A program made the translations under genes and the position numbers. A stretch of 64,000 nt of DNA from Oikopleura dioica (lineage: Eukaryota > Animalia > Chordata): NCBI GenBank assembly GCA_907165135.1, contig OU015567.1:6944001-7008000 (forward strand), given 5' to 3'. How positions within the stretch are numbered: position 1 is the first letter of the stretch; each line of letters starts with the position of its first letter. A model generated the notes under the pieces. It was not told where the DNA came from, did no database searches, and saw only the letters and a list, made by a program, of their open reading frames with translations. Below, in pieces: positions 50,416 to 62,642 of this stretch.

Positions 50416-52295
50416 GAACGACAGCAGCAATATGTCTACGAAGAACTCGTTCTGCATTGTTGCAAATTTCAAATAAAATATATACTCCTTTTCACCTAAA
50501 ACTGTGTTTTCATTGAGGTCGATGCGTAGATTTCCTTTATTTTTTCTGTTGGCATTTGAGCAATTGAGTTTGTTGGGTTATTATGTTAACTTAGTTAGTT
50601 TATATTAATTTTATGTGAGTTAAGAGTGAGCTTTGAGATTCTATGATAGAATGATTAATTTTTGCATTACGAGTTAGCATTTTCGCAGCTGGGTCCGTTT
50701 GCATTTGATTATTAAAGGAATTATCGTTGGTTTAATTATGCTCGTCTATCTATTCTACTATCTAACTTTAGAATTATGTGTTAAATTTATAGTAGGAGTC
50801 GCAAGGATAACCAATCTCTGTTGTTTGTTTTTTTATGTTCTAGAAACTCTTGGCCTAAGTCGAACGCCTCCATGATTTCAGTCATTGATTCGTATTTTGA
50901 ACGATAATCGTTTTCTATTATGTGAATCGCTTTGCAATTTTACGAGGGCATCATCAAGACCGATATTTCTAAATTTTACTCGATGAAGAAAAAAATAAAC
51001 GGTGGAAATTGAAGTTATTGCATTTATGAGGCTTAATATTCCGTTTTCGTAAAAGATAAAGCGAGTCATTGTAGTTGATTGTTTCTGGTAGATCACCATT
51101 TTCATGCATTTTGAGATGCAATTTCCAATTTTCATCCGATATTGACTACAATTAAGATTAAGCTAAATTTTGCCAGAAGTAGACCAATTGTATCAGCAGT
51201 TTCCGTTTCTTCGCCTTTTCTAGAATTGTTTATTTGTTGACAGTAGCGGAATGTTTCTATATTGTTATGGCGTTTGTGTCTTCGGTTTTATTCCCTCCGG
51301 ATAAAGCCATGGGATTATTGGAATTATTGTTGTCGTGAGTAAAGGCCCATTATCGTTGTTTTCAAAAATTTGGTTTTTTTTGCTGTGGTTCCGTGTTTGA
51401 GCCTTCTGCACTGTAGATCCCGCTCGCATTATCGGCATAAAGTATTAATCACTTCGCGCGCGGAACTTCTTCCTACCAGCCTCGCCGTGGACACTTCTTA
51501 TCTGATCTACGATCTAATCTTGATTTCATTGGTCGTCGCGGTGCACATGACTGGTGGAATAAGTGCGGATAATGTTTTGCGCGGAAAATGAGAGAAGTTC
51601 CTTGAGAATTATTGCTAACCGAAGATTGCCCATTGTTTCTACTGGAAGAGTGCGCGGAAATGTTTTGCGCGAAAATGAAAGAATTCTCCAGAGAGAAATT
51701 CGGTGAACGAAGATCACTTAAAATTTGTTGGAAAGGCGCGCGGAATTTGTTTCACCTGACTATTGCGAAGACTTTCTTATCAGTTTTCTATCTCATCTTG
51801 ATAATATTTGGCTATCGCGGTGCACATGACCCGTTGAATAAGTGCGGAAATGTATTCGCGCGGAAAATGGAAAATATTTTTAGAGAGAAATTGCTTAACG
51901 AAGTTTGCTCATGATTTTCCCACCTTTTGTGCGTGTTGATTAATTTTGATCCACATACTAGAACTTGATGTGTTAGATTTTTTTTTGCATTGTCGATTAA
52001 AATCTTCGTTGATTTCGTTTCTACTTACCGTATTTTTGCGCTAGCTACTATTCTATTGTAATTCGTTTAGGCCAGGTATATGGGCCATGAATTTTGAGTC
52101 AATCGTTTTGTCGCGTAATTACCTGGCTACTTACCGCAGATGAGCCGATTTTAGTCTATGCTCAATCCTTTCTTTTTAAAAAGAGCGCGAATTCGTGATT
52201 TCCAGAAGTTTCTAAACCCTATTTGGCTACAAGTGCTTTTATACCTCTGATTGAAAATTTTAGATTGACAGTTGATTTCGTGGCGGTCTATTATT

Positions 52296-55200
52296 ATGCT
52301 CCCTGTAGATGATCGTGCTGATCAAGACAATGACAACGACGACGAGTGGGAGTCTGATGACGACGGTTTTGCTCAGGTAAAGTTTTGCAAGGTGTTTATT
52401 TTTATCCTGTCTAATTTAGGGGGAAAAATCATTTATCCCTGGCGGAGGAATCAAGGGACTGTATGAAAAAAGCTTGAGTAAAGTAAAGGATGCCGGTCGA
52501 AAAGTATGTGGCGTTCTCAAACGTCCAACCAAGCGTCCAACCAAGCGTCCAGGTGTAGCCAGCCAACATTCTCGCATGTCATCTATTCGAGTAAGTACTT
52601 GGTTATACGCTCTCTTTAATTCCTTAATATTAAGTCGACGCGTCATAAGAAACATCGTGGCAATCAAGAAAATGTTCAACTGGCCGCGGACAGAACTGGA
52701 CTTGGAATTAGCTCAACTTCTCCCCCTACTCGAGAGCAATCTTCCAGACGCCGGTCAATACTCAAAGTTCCATCGCATCAACCCACGAAACTCACCCGGT
52801 CTTCCGCGCGCGATCATTGTCAATCTGGTTCCTCTCAAGCTGTTTCCCAATCAGCTTGTTTTGATGAAGACTTAACCCAAAACGGATCTGAGGGTATGGA
52901 TGTTATGGAGAAATTAGCCTTTTCGACGGATGTACCGAGCGCTCAAGAACAGTGCGAGAGCGCGGTCGCGATGTTCAATTCTGAAGAAAAAGAATACGAT
53001 TTCGACGATGGCTATAGGGCGTTTCAAGACAGAGTGGAAAAAGCCGCGGCTAACCTCAATTATCAAAGCGACGATACTGACACTGACGAAGGCGAACATC
53101 TTCAAGTGCGACCTTTTGGCTCTCCTGGATCCGACGAGCTTGACAATTCTCCTGGCCAACGCGTCAGTAAGGGGACTACTGCTGGTACGTCCGGGTTGAA
53201 TGTGCCTGTCCCTTCTGCAAAAAAGAAAAAGAAAAAACCTGTAGCGTCCATGCCTATTCAAAATTTCTTCAATGAGAGTACGCCCGCTGAATGTACGATT
53301 CCTGATGCGACCGAATTTGTGAGCGAGCTTCCAGCTAATGATATTCACATTCCTGCGACGGCGCTCTGTCATAGACGATTCGAATACATCTCGTCTCGTG
53401 GTAATCCTTCTTTCTTCATGGCTCACTATGTAAAAAAAACACCGAGAACCTTATCTCACCGGCCGCGGCGAGGTCTAAATCATGATGTGATTGCTGTTGG
53501 ACTCCCTTTGCCGGATGACGACGAAGAAGTTATATTTGCTGAATACCGACTCGACAGTTGTTCCATGCGGTATGATTAAATAAATAGATATTTTACTAAT
53601 AAGCCATTTAGTAATGGTGTTGATAAAGCAAGCTTCTACTTCCGTTGCAATGTGAGAGACTGTCAAGGCCGTATCATTTATTATGGGCCGCAGCACTTGA
53701 TTGAACCAGCTAATCGACATAACAAGTACAGATTGAAAAAAAGTGCTGTCGACGTGTTCTGGCAGCAGATGAGTATTGTGCCGCCTGATCAGGACGGATC
53801 AAATCACAAATGGGGCCCTAAAGAAACTATTCGTCACAGTTGTGGCTGTTTTTAGATCGCAGAGATGGCTGAAAGAGAGGTGGAACGTAGAATTATGGTA
53901 ACATAATCTGTTTTATTCGTTTTTGTTGATAAATCTGCTTTAGACTGCTGTGGATGAGGTCGGCCTAACCATTCAAAACTCAGTAATCGACACGATTTCG
54001 AAGAATGTGAAAGAACGCTACCATGGCTGGTCGATGCCTAACGAGAAGCATTATTACAACGCCCTTTTGCAACGAAAGAAGAACACTGTGCGCCGTAAGA
54101 GGGATAAAACTTACCTTGTCAAGGACGATCGTTGTAAGCTGGTGCCGGCACCCTTGGCCAGACTGCGATATCACGCGGCTTTCGAGGTCGACGATAATGA
54201 TCGATGGGCGAGTTATCAGTGTGAACACTTTCTTATAGGTGGGTGCCTTTTCTCTTTTTATTTTGCGAGCGGAGCGAGCCTCGTTTGGTTATTTTCTATG
54301 TATGTATTTTAGTGGTCGACTGGTTGCTCCTTGAGAAGTTGCCTTTGCGTAGCTTCTTGCGAATGATGGCTGATGGAACTTTTTACGTGTGCGGGGGTTG
54401 GAGGCAGTTGGTCACGATTATGATGGGCTTGAACACCGGTGTTTCCGAGAAGATGGTCAATGTTGCGGGCATTTATTTGCTGACTAAAGAGCAGAAGCAT
54501 TATGCTGCTGCGTTTACGAAGTTCTTTGATATGGTGCAAGAGCGCTTTGATCTCGTGCTGCAGTATGTTCTGTTGTCGACTGACATGGAGCCTGGTCTCT
54601 ATGGCGGGTAAGTTTTATTATTTGTTCCTTCATTATGGTCACTTATCTAGAATAGAGCAAGCGATTGAGAAAAGACGGATCAAGGCACGAACAACGGTAT
54701 GTGGTGTTCATGCTGAGCGTGCGATATACAAGGCGATCAAGAAGATTATCCCGTTTAAGATTATTCCAACTCCTGTCAAGATGACCACGTTTTTCATCAA
54801 GCATATGGTATTTTAATTGTTGATTAGTAGTTAATTATTTTTATCGTAGATGTTTCTCCGTCCTGATTTGATTTACGGCTCCATGCTGTTCTATTTCATC
54901 ACGATTGCGAAGATCCCTCGAATTGGCGAAAGACTTGCTCGATTTATCAAAGATTTTACGCTCAAAATCTTGCGCCACACATGGGGCTTGCGGTACAACT
55001 ATTGGCGGACGATGAAGCTTGGAAACTGTACGGGCATTCCTGTGTTTCTGAACACGAATCCTGCCGAGGCACAAAACAGTAGTTTAAATCACCGCTACAG
55101 AATTTTTCATGGAAGGGTAATATTCATCGTTTATCAATTTCTCTCGCATTTTATCTTTTATTGTGTGAAAAGTATTTACCGATCTTTTTAGGCGCAACGC

Positions 55201-58200
55201 AAGTTTGAGCGTGATTTGGAAATATTCAATGGCCACATGAATGATGTTGGCAAGGAAGTGGTTGCTGGCAATTACTACGAGCCATGGAAAAAATATGAGA
55301 ATGATGAGAGGAAGGAGGATCATCTTCGCCGAATCATGGCTTTATGCGATTCTTATCAAAAGGTCCCCGCCGGAGAGCCTGTGCCCAAGGAGTTTTTTCT
55401 GCAGCTAATGTCTCTCATCTGCAATGAGTTTATGGTAAATTTTGTCTTCATTTACTATTATTTTAATTTTTATAGGTCCGTGAGGAGTCGAATCGGTGGG
55501 CGAAGCCAACAGCTGATTTTTTGCGTCGGGAGAGATTATTAAGAGCAATGGAACAATCCGATGGACTCACGGCCGACACCGATCTCATCCACTTGTCCCC
55601 TGACGAAGTCGCCGATTTGACGAATGAACTCAAGTATGCTGGTGTCGACATGTCTGAGCCAGAAGTTGCGATTTTGACAGAATTAGGCATGGATGACGTG
55701 AATTTTGACGAGTTGGGACAGGGCTCAGCGGGCAGCAATCTAATGGATATCAGGGATATGCCTGCCTTGAATGATGATGATCCCGCCGACGACCAGCTCG
55801 ATAAAGTAATCTCGGAAACAAGCATGTTAACCCGAGCTACTGGCGGAAGCGATCAATTTGCTAGTACAAATCCCACAGCGCCCTCCACGTCAAGTGCGGA
55901 AAATAGCGCCGCGCTCTCGGCTTCATCAACCAATCAACCTGCGGGATCGGTGGTGTCTTCAAACGCGAGCGAAAATTGCGCCCTCTTGGATCGTCCTGAG
56001 CAAACTTCTACAATTGCTTCAACTTCCGCGGCTAAGTCTGTTCAAACACGTGGTCGAAAGAAGGATGATCGTCAAGAAACCATTGATCGTATTTTTGATT
56101 CTGAGGAAGACTCAACTGATAGTGCACATGCGAACGCTACTTCATCTGACGAAGACGTGTGTTTCACTGAGCGTGCGTATAGCAAGAAGCAACCAAAAGC
56201 TGGACCAGCTAGCGTCATGCGCGAGTCTATGCGAGTAAGGCCTGTTGTGCCTATGCCCGAGGCGAGCGAAGGACCATCTACGCGTTCGAGAGCGAAGAAG
56301 CCCACTAGACGTTCGCCGTCGAATCTCCTTACGCCGCCTGTTGGCAAAATGCCACGCCGTGGTTGCGCGAAACAACAGCATGTTGGACCTAACCGAAAGC
56401 ACAACTTCAAGTTGTTTAAGGAGATGGGTCTTCAAGCTGCTAAAGATAAGATGCTGAATGATGCTCGTAAGCTTCGTGAGAAGGAACCAGATGTAAATCT
56501 TGACGATTTTCATGCAGTTGTCGACCGAAATCGCAAAAAGACTCCTGAAATGAGCAAGGAAACTGCGGCAAAGCATCACAAGGCCGAAACAACGGCGAAA
56601 AAAAAGACGGCTGAAGAAACCCTCGAGGCGGAACTTGTTGAAAAGGGACTGTTTGTGCGTTCAGGTAGAAAAAAGGGCAGCAAAAAGCAGAATAATGATG
56701 CCAACAACGACATAATGGATCCTGGTCCGTCCGATCAGTCAAATTCTACGTCGAATACCGTGAAGGAACCCTCGCGAACAAAAGACATTCAGGTGTGAAA
56801 TGCTTGAATATTTTCTTAACTTTCTTCTCAAACTTATTCTCATTAAGGCGGCGTCGATGAATGCGAGCGCCAACCAACAACCTCGCAGCCGTGGTAAGAA
56901 GAAAAACGCGTCGGACGTCCTCTCAGACGAGAATGGTAACTTTGTCCAAGCCAGTGGCGAAGCACTTCCTCAGCCAAATTCACTACAGGTTGATACTTGT
57001 TTCCGATTCTCAGAGGTTTAATAGTGTCTTAGGCGGCGTCAAACAAAACGAAAGCGAAAAAAACACCTAGCACTCGCAGGAGGAAGAATACTAAGTCAAA
57101 GGACGATAACGCTGATTCGACTTCGGCCCGCTCTATGGAATATTCCCAAGCAAAGGCACATAAGGTTTGAATTTTCTCTAATTATAATAAATAATGTCTA
57201 AGATGGTGGCTTCCGAAAAAAACACTCAAAAACGAGTCCGAACTCAAAGCAAAAAAGTGAATTTCACGGAGGGCGACGGTGAAACGGCAAAAATTCTCCA
57301 GGTTGTCATTGCAATTCGTGATTATTTTTTTGACAGTGTTCAGGCGAAGGCAGACAAGGCAAGCGCCCAGAAATCATCAATTGGTCGTCGCACGAAAGAA
57401 TCGACCGGTGAAAATCTGCTAAGTGCTCAGAGCAAGAAAAACAACCCGCTCAAATCTGTTGTCAATAAGTCAGTTCAGGCTGGAGATGGTCGGCGAATAA
57501 TTCCTTCGGTTTAGATTAGTTTTGTTTACTTATAAATAATATGTTTTAGAAAAAAAACATTTGTACCGAAGAAAATGGCGAAGATCAACCGACGGATAAA
57601 GAAACTGCTAAGAGTAGTGAAAAGGCTAGTAAAACCACCGCGAAACACGTGAGTCCGAAGGAATCAGTTGCTGATACTCGGCAGATTGAGCAGCAACTCG
57701 CAAATCTCGGTCTCCCTGGCTATTCCGAAAAAAATGCCGACGACGGAAAGGTAGTTTTTCAAGCGTTTGCTACCAACTCGCAATCTGAAGAACAGTTTTT
57801 AATGCTATACTCACCTTTTGATTATTACCTAATGACTATAAAGCACGCGGAGCGTGCCGCATTACTCTATTTTTATACTTGACTAATAAATATGTAAGAC
57901 GCCGCCACCTCTGCCTACTTCTACTGATGCTACTGTAATCAACCGGCCAAAGCTCTCATCGGTTCCTACTCAGGTTTGTGACTTTTTGGGGGCTTCGTTA
58001 ATAATTCTTCTAGCCTTCGACTGCCGAAAATGGCAAGGCAACGCTTCAAGCGTCTGTTACCAGCTCTCCATCTCCAGAACAGGTTTGTTAACTTATTTTA
58101 ATCTAGTGGCATTCTTAATCATATCAAAATATACGGACTGTTCCGCTTTGTCTTTTTTTTCGGTAGTTGGCTAATTGCTATGAATAGATGCCGCCACCGC

Positions 58201-58331
58201 TGACAAATTCTACCGACGCCTCTATTATCAGTCAGCAAACATCCTCACCGGCTCTTCTCAAGACAAGCAAGAAATCTTCCCCGGAGTCACTTCCACGAAG
58301 GTCCGCGCGTGTCAAAGAACAGAAAAAATAA
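52296..58331 (+). mobile_element. Mutator-like (MULE) DDE transposase gene, about 19 exons, with FLYWCH-like finger and long disordered tail
   Basis: MMADGTFY (D, 54372), STDMEPG (D, 54582), CGVH (MULE CxxH, about 54700) and NTNPAEAQN (E, 55066). N-terminal YFRCNVRDC...RHSC. In-frame TAG at 53853. Confidence 0.9.
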
Positions 58332-58479
58332 TGAACTTTCCCTTTTTAATTCTTCGCCTTTAAAAAACTGCTCGTTAACTTTACATCTCTTAAAATCTTT
58401 ATAATGCTTTCTTTATAATAACTATGCTTTATAAAGGTCTTACTTATCTCATTTTAGTGCTGGCGAGTATACTGCGGCG

Positions 58480-59037
58480 ATGATTGATGAATTCATCGGC
58501 TATTGTGCAACCAATCGGTTAATACGGCCTCGAAAGAAATCATACATCAAGATTCTTCGCTTCGACATCTCATCGGAGGATGATCTACGCTTCATGTTCA
58601 GACAAAATTTCTTTGGTGGATATGTGATTGTTCCATTGGATAGTATGAAGTCCGTCGTTCTTGCTATTGTCTGGTCTCACAAGCAAGACCTTCGTCTAGA
58701 TAAAACGACCCGATGCTGGTCTCCTCGCGGGAAATATTTTCTTGGCACCGTTGAGATGTTCTGCAATTTTGTAACACGATTCATCCACGGTACGTCTATC
58801 TTGTTTTTTTTGATTGATGGATTTCTATTTCGTTCTTATTTTTAGCTGTCCGGATCTTTGGCCGACATAAGTCTCCTGTATACTGTGACATCGTCCACTG
58901 GTTGGACCAGTGCCACTCGATAAGAAGATATCCTCGTCAGTGGCCGCTGTCATCTTATCCATTTATTGGGAAACTTCCGGACATGGATGGTCACACTCTT
59001 AATATAACTGATCCAATCACTTACTACTACCTCTAAT
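58480..59037 (+). CDS. Hypothetical protein (orphan) between transposase and clamp genes
   Basis: Two exons MIDEFIGYC...FVTRFIH / AVRIFGRHK...YYYL*, in phase. Confidence 0.55.
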
Positions 59038-59133
59038 TGCGTTCTATTCTTTATTTCTCTGTTTCTCTATCTGTTTTTTTTTTTTATTTTCTATTTTTTA
59101 TTTGTTTGACTAAGGCGTAATCATTTTAGGATC

Positions 59134-60222
59134 ATGTTTGAAGGGACCTACAATTGCGCGGAGACTCTTAAGCGTATCGTTGACGCAGTGCTTGTTCTCG
59201 TTCCTCATGTCTATGTTGAGATTTCGTTGAGCGGGATTTCCGTACAAACTATGGATAGCGCTCAGATTTGTTTGATCCAGGTCGTTCTCCGAAGTGACTC
59301 TTTTGTCGGCTTCCGCATTGACAATCCCATGACGCTCGGAGGTACTGCTATATCATTTGTAATTTTTGATAGTTTTTAGTGAATTTCGATTATCTCAGCA
59401 AAATCCTGAAATGCGCCAAGGCTTCTGAAGTTGTGTCACTTGCTTGTCCTGGCATTGATGGCAAACTCTCAATTACGCTCAAAGATGAGGTATAATTTTT
59501 CTTGTTCCTTCGAATGCTGCAATATTTAAGGCTACCACAGCTTGCACCGAGTTTGAGTGTCCATTGATATACATCGATAGTGAGCAAATTGCGATCGAAA
59601 ATCAAGAATTCACGTAAGTTTTGGCTTGCCTATTCGTTTTATTTTTCTAAACAATAGCTGTTCCATCTCGATGCCTGCTCAAGAATTTCACCGGATCTGC
59701 AACGACTTTCAGAACATCGGTGAAATAATGACAATCAAGATAAGTCCATCGAAGGTTGAGCTTAGAGCCAAGGGCATGTACGGGACTGTCAGCAAGACAC
59801 TATCGACCTCGGCGCAATCTTCGGGCATGCCTCATTCTATTGACATCAGCACAAGCGAAACTATTGAGCAAAGCTTCAGCCTTAGGTACTGTTATCTTCT
59901 ATGCCTGTCACAATTTATTAAGCAAGCGGAGCTTGCTCTTTAAAATTTGAAAAATCGTTGTGACAATCCCTTAACACTGATTTCAGGTATCTTTGCATGT
60001 TCATAAAGGCTACTTGCCTTTCTTCGCGTGTCAATCTTCAGCTCGGTGATGGAACTCCACTTATCGTGACTTACGAAGTTCAGAACGTTGGCTCCATTAA
60101 GTACTTTCTAGCTTCTCAGGTCCGGGTCGTCTTCTATCTCTTGAATATTGTGAGGTACTCTGTAACTTTAAGTCTATCATATACAGTTTTTAACGACCCT
60201 TGTAAAGAACGATGAAGAGTAA
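59134..60222 (+). CDS. Divergent PCNA-like sliding clamp 1
   Basis: MFEGT..LKRIVDAV, GISVQTMDSAQICLIQVVLRSDSF.GFRIDNPMTLGVN, ISMPAQEFHRICNDFQNIGE, FSLRYL..FIKATCLSSRVNL....PLIVTYEV..VGSIKYFLA. Confidence 0.93.
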
Positions 60223-60332
60223 GTGATGATTGCCATGAGATAAGAGACGATTCGTTTTTTTACCTGCCGTTTTATATTTTGTGTGAACTGTGGTTAAATA
60301 ATAACTCAATTTTATCATTATTTTAATAGCTA

Positions 60333-61360
60333 ATGGGCACTTTTGTCGTTCGGTTCGCACTGACTGATAAGTTTGTGGATATTTTGGATTCAATGAACGA
60401 CTTCTGTGGTCATTGTATCCTGAAGGTAAACTCGTTTGGCCTTTATCTGGATATGGGTTATCCTGGCGAAATGACCGCAGCGCGTCTCTTTATTCGTTCC
60501 AGCTCGTTCGATCGTTTCACAATCACACGGCCATTCACTTTCGGAGGTAACGCTTCAATCTGTTGCATTCTTTTTAACTTTATTAGTGGATTTGTGCGTT
60601 GTACAAGAATTTCAACCTTGGCTTGGTGGTGATCTTTGCCTTACAATCGATGATCTTCAACAGTTGACCCTTACCCACTCTCATCCAGTAAGTTGGCCAC
60701 TCATGAAACTATGTAACGATGTCTAGCGCGATGGCGTGCTGCGTTCTCGAGTCCTTACCAGTTCCGCAAATATGGATCGTTTACGGAGGTTCAGTGATGT
60801 TGCTGATCGGCATCAAATTAATTACTGGTAATTATACTTATAATTTTATTCAAATTGAAACTGCACGACACTTATGATAATTAAGCTGTGAGGTTGATAT
60901 TCCAACGTACGGATATCGCCGGATGTGTGAGCAATTTGCAGACATTTCGCAGCGCGTCCGAATTCAAGTCGACAGCGATTGTGCACGGTTTAGTGTCGGT
61001 GAAGGACGTTGTTATGTTAGTCTCGTGCCGACGACTTCCAACTGCAAGATCGTCGTCAAATGCGATACTCCGGTTGATAGCTATTATCGCGTAGAGTAAG
61101 TCAACAAGCGTGTGCCCGCTCATATGTCCTTTAGACACTTGACGCTCTGCCTCAACGCTGCTGGTTTATCGGACAGAGTCACTCTCAAGGACAGTTCTGC
61201 TTATAAATATATTTATTGGGGAATTGTTGTGAAGTTTTTTCTTTTTTTACATTTGATTGCAGAGCTTTTTCAGTTGAGCACTGGGCCTGTGATGTCGATT
61301 CTCTACCGTATAAAGCACATTGGCTACGTTTTCTATTCTGTTATGTCAGATTCTATGTGA
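60333..61360 (+). CDS. Highly divergent PCNA-like sliding clamp 2
   Basis: FVDILDSMNDFC, RLFIRSSSFDRFTITRPFTFGV, VDIPTYGYRRMCEQFADISQRVRI, LNAAGLSDRVTL, LYRIKHIGYVFY. Intron positions match clamp 1. Confidence 0.78.
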
Positions 61361-61429
61361 TCTCTGTCAAAACATGAGCTTATTTTTGTTAGGCTATTTA
61401 ATTGCCGAAGGGTTTGTTCAGGCTTGGAA

Positions 61430-62429
61430 ATGGGCGACTCGTTGATGTTCGAATGCACCTTTCTTACGCCAAAATATATCAAGTTGGCAACCGAAGTGAT
61501 CGCGGATTTTATGCGTGATGGTATTTGGGAAGTTACTCAAAATGGGCTCTCCCTTCAGTGCAAAGATGATTCTCGCGTTACTCTCCTGCAGATAGTATTT
61601 CGACGTGGCGCTTTTTCATCATTTCACACAACGAAAGACGGGCTTCTGCTAGGAGGTACTAAGATATTGAATATTATTTTTTCCTATTTGGTTAAGTGAA
61701 GGTGAAAGGAATGCACGAATTCCTTAAATGTGTTCCGCCTGACCATAGTATTCAATTTTCCTGCGATGAGCACGACTACGATAACTTGATGATGAAAGGG
61801 CAGAATAAGGTTTGTGTTCATCTTTTGTATTCACATGCTTACTGTTTCTTAAAAGGAAGGGCGATCTGTCAAGTGTCTTATGCATCTGGTTGATCTTGAG
61901 ATCGAAAATTTGCTTGTTCCACCGGTTGTTTACAGGTATTGCTCAAATATTTTTATAAGAATTCAACTCTTTTAAATTTCAGTTCAACTGTGCGAATGCC
62001 GTCATTGGAATTTAAACGCATCATCACGAAACTTGTCCTTACTTCTGATACCGCAGAAATCTCATGCGTGCCTGGGTCGGTGACGATGTTCGCAGTAAAG
62101 AAAGACAAAAAAATGGGTGATAAAACTTCTAGGGTGAATATCGTTGAAGTTTCTGACCCTCTCCGGCCACAAAATAATATCTCTATCGATGTATCATGCC
62201 CTTTCAAGGATACTTACACTCTCAGGTGAGTAAAACTCAAAAGATTGACATGATTCGCTTGCCAGAAAATAACTTGAATGTTAGGTATTTGAAGAAGATC
62301 GCCAAGACGCAGGGAACGTCGCCGATGGTGAAGCTTAGTTTCGAAGACGGCGTTCCGCTAATGATTGAATACGAAATCGAGACTTTTGGCGTAGCGCGAT
62401 TTTTTCTTGCGCCGTTGATTCAAAACTGA
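61430..62429 (+). CDS. Divergent PCNA-like sliding clamp 3
   Basis: MFEC, GLSLQCKDDSRVTLLQI, LVDLEIENLLVP..YSSTVRMPSLEFKRII, YTLRYLKKIAK..SPMVKLSF..GVPLMIEYEIETFGVARFFLAPLI*. Confidence 0.93.
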
Positions 62430-62642
62430 TTTCTGTGACCATGTTTTCCTTATTATTTTCAACTTATTTTGACTACTTACTTTTATTTTTACTATTTTTA
62501 CTAACTGCCTTCGTTTCTTTAAAACACTATCTTTAAAGTATACTGCTTACTTGTTCCAACCAAATAACGCTACTCTGTCGCGAAGCGTTCTCTGCTGCTT
62601 TCTGATCTAACAAAGAGTGTTCAGAAATCGGTAGCTGAGTGA

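Noticed and set aside
52914-56742. Minus-strand and alternate-frame ORFs overlapping the transposase
   Set aside because: They are shadow frames of a long, biased coding sequence with no motifs.
59134-62429. Rad9/Rad1/Hus1 (9-1-1) genes
   Set aside because: Motifs (MDSAQICLIQ, MPxxEF.RI, LRYL, PL.v.Y, YFLA/FFLAP) and shared intron positions point to recent common descent from PCNA, not to the three ancient 9-1-1 lineages. A phylogeny would settle it.
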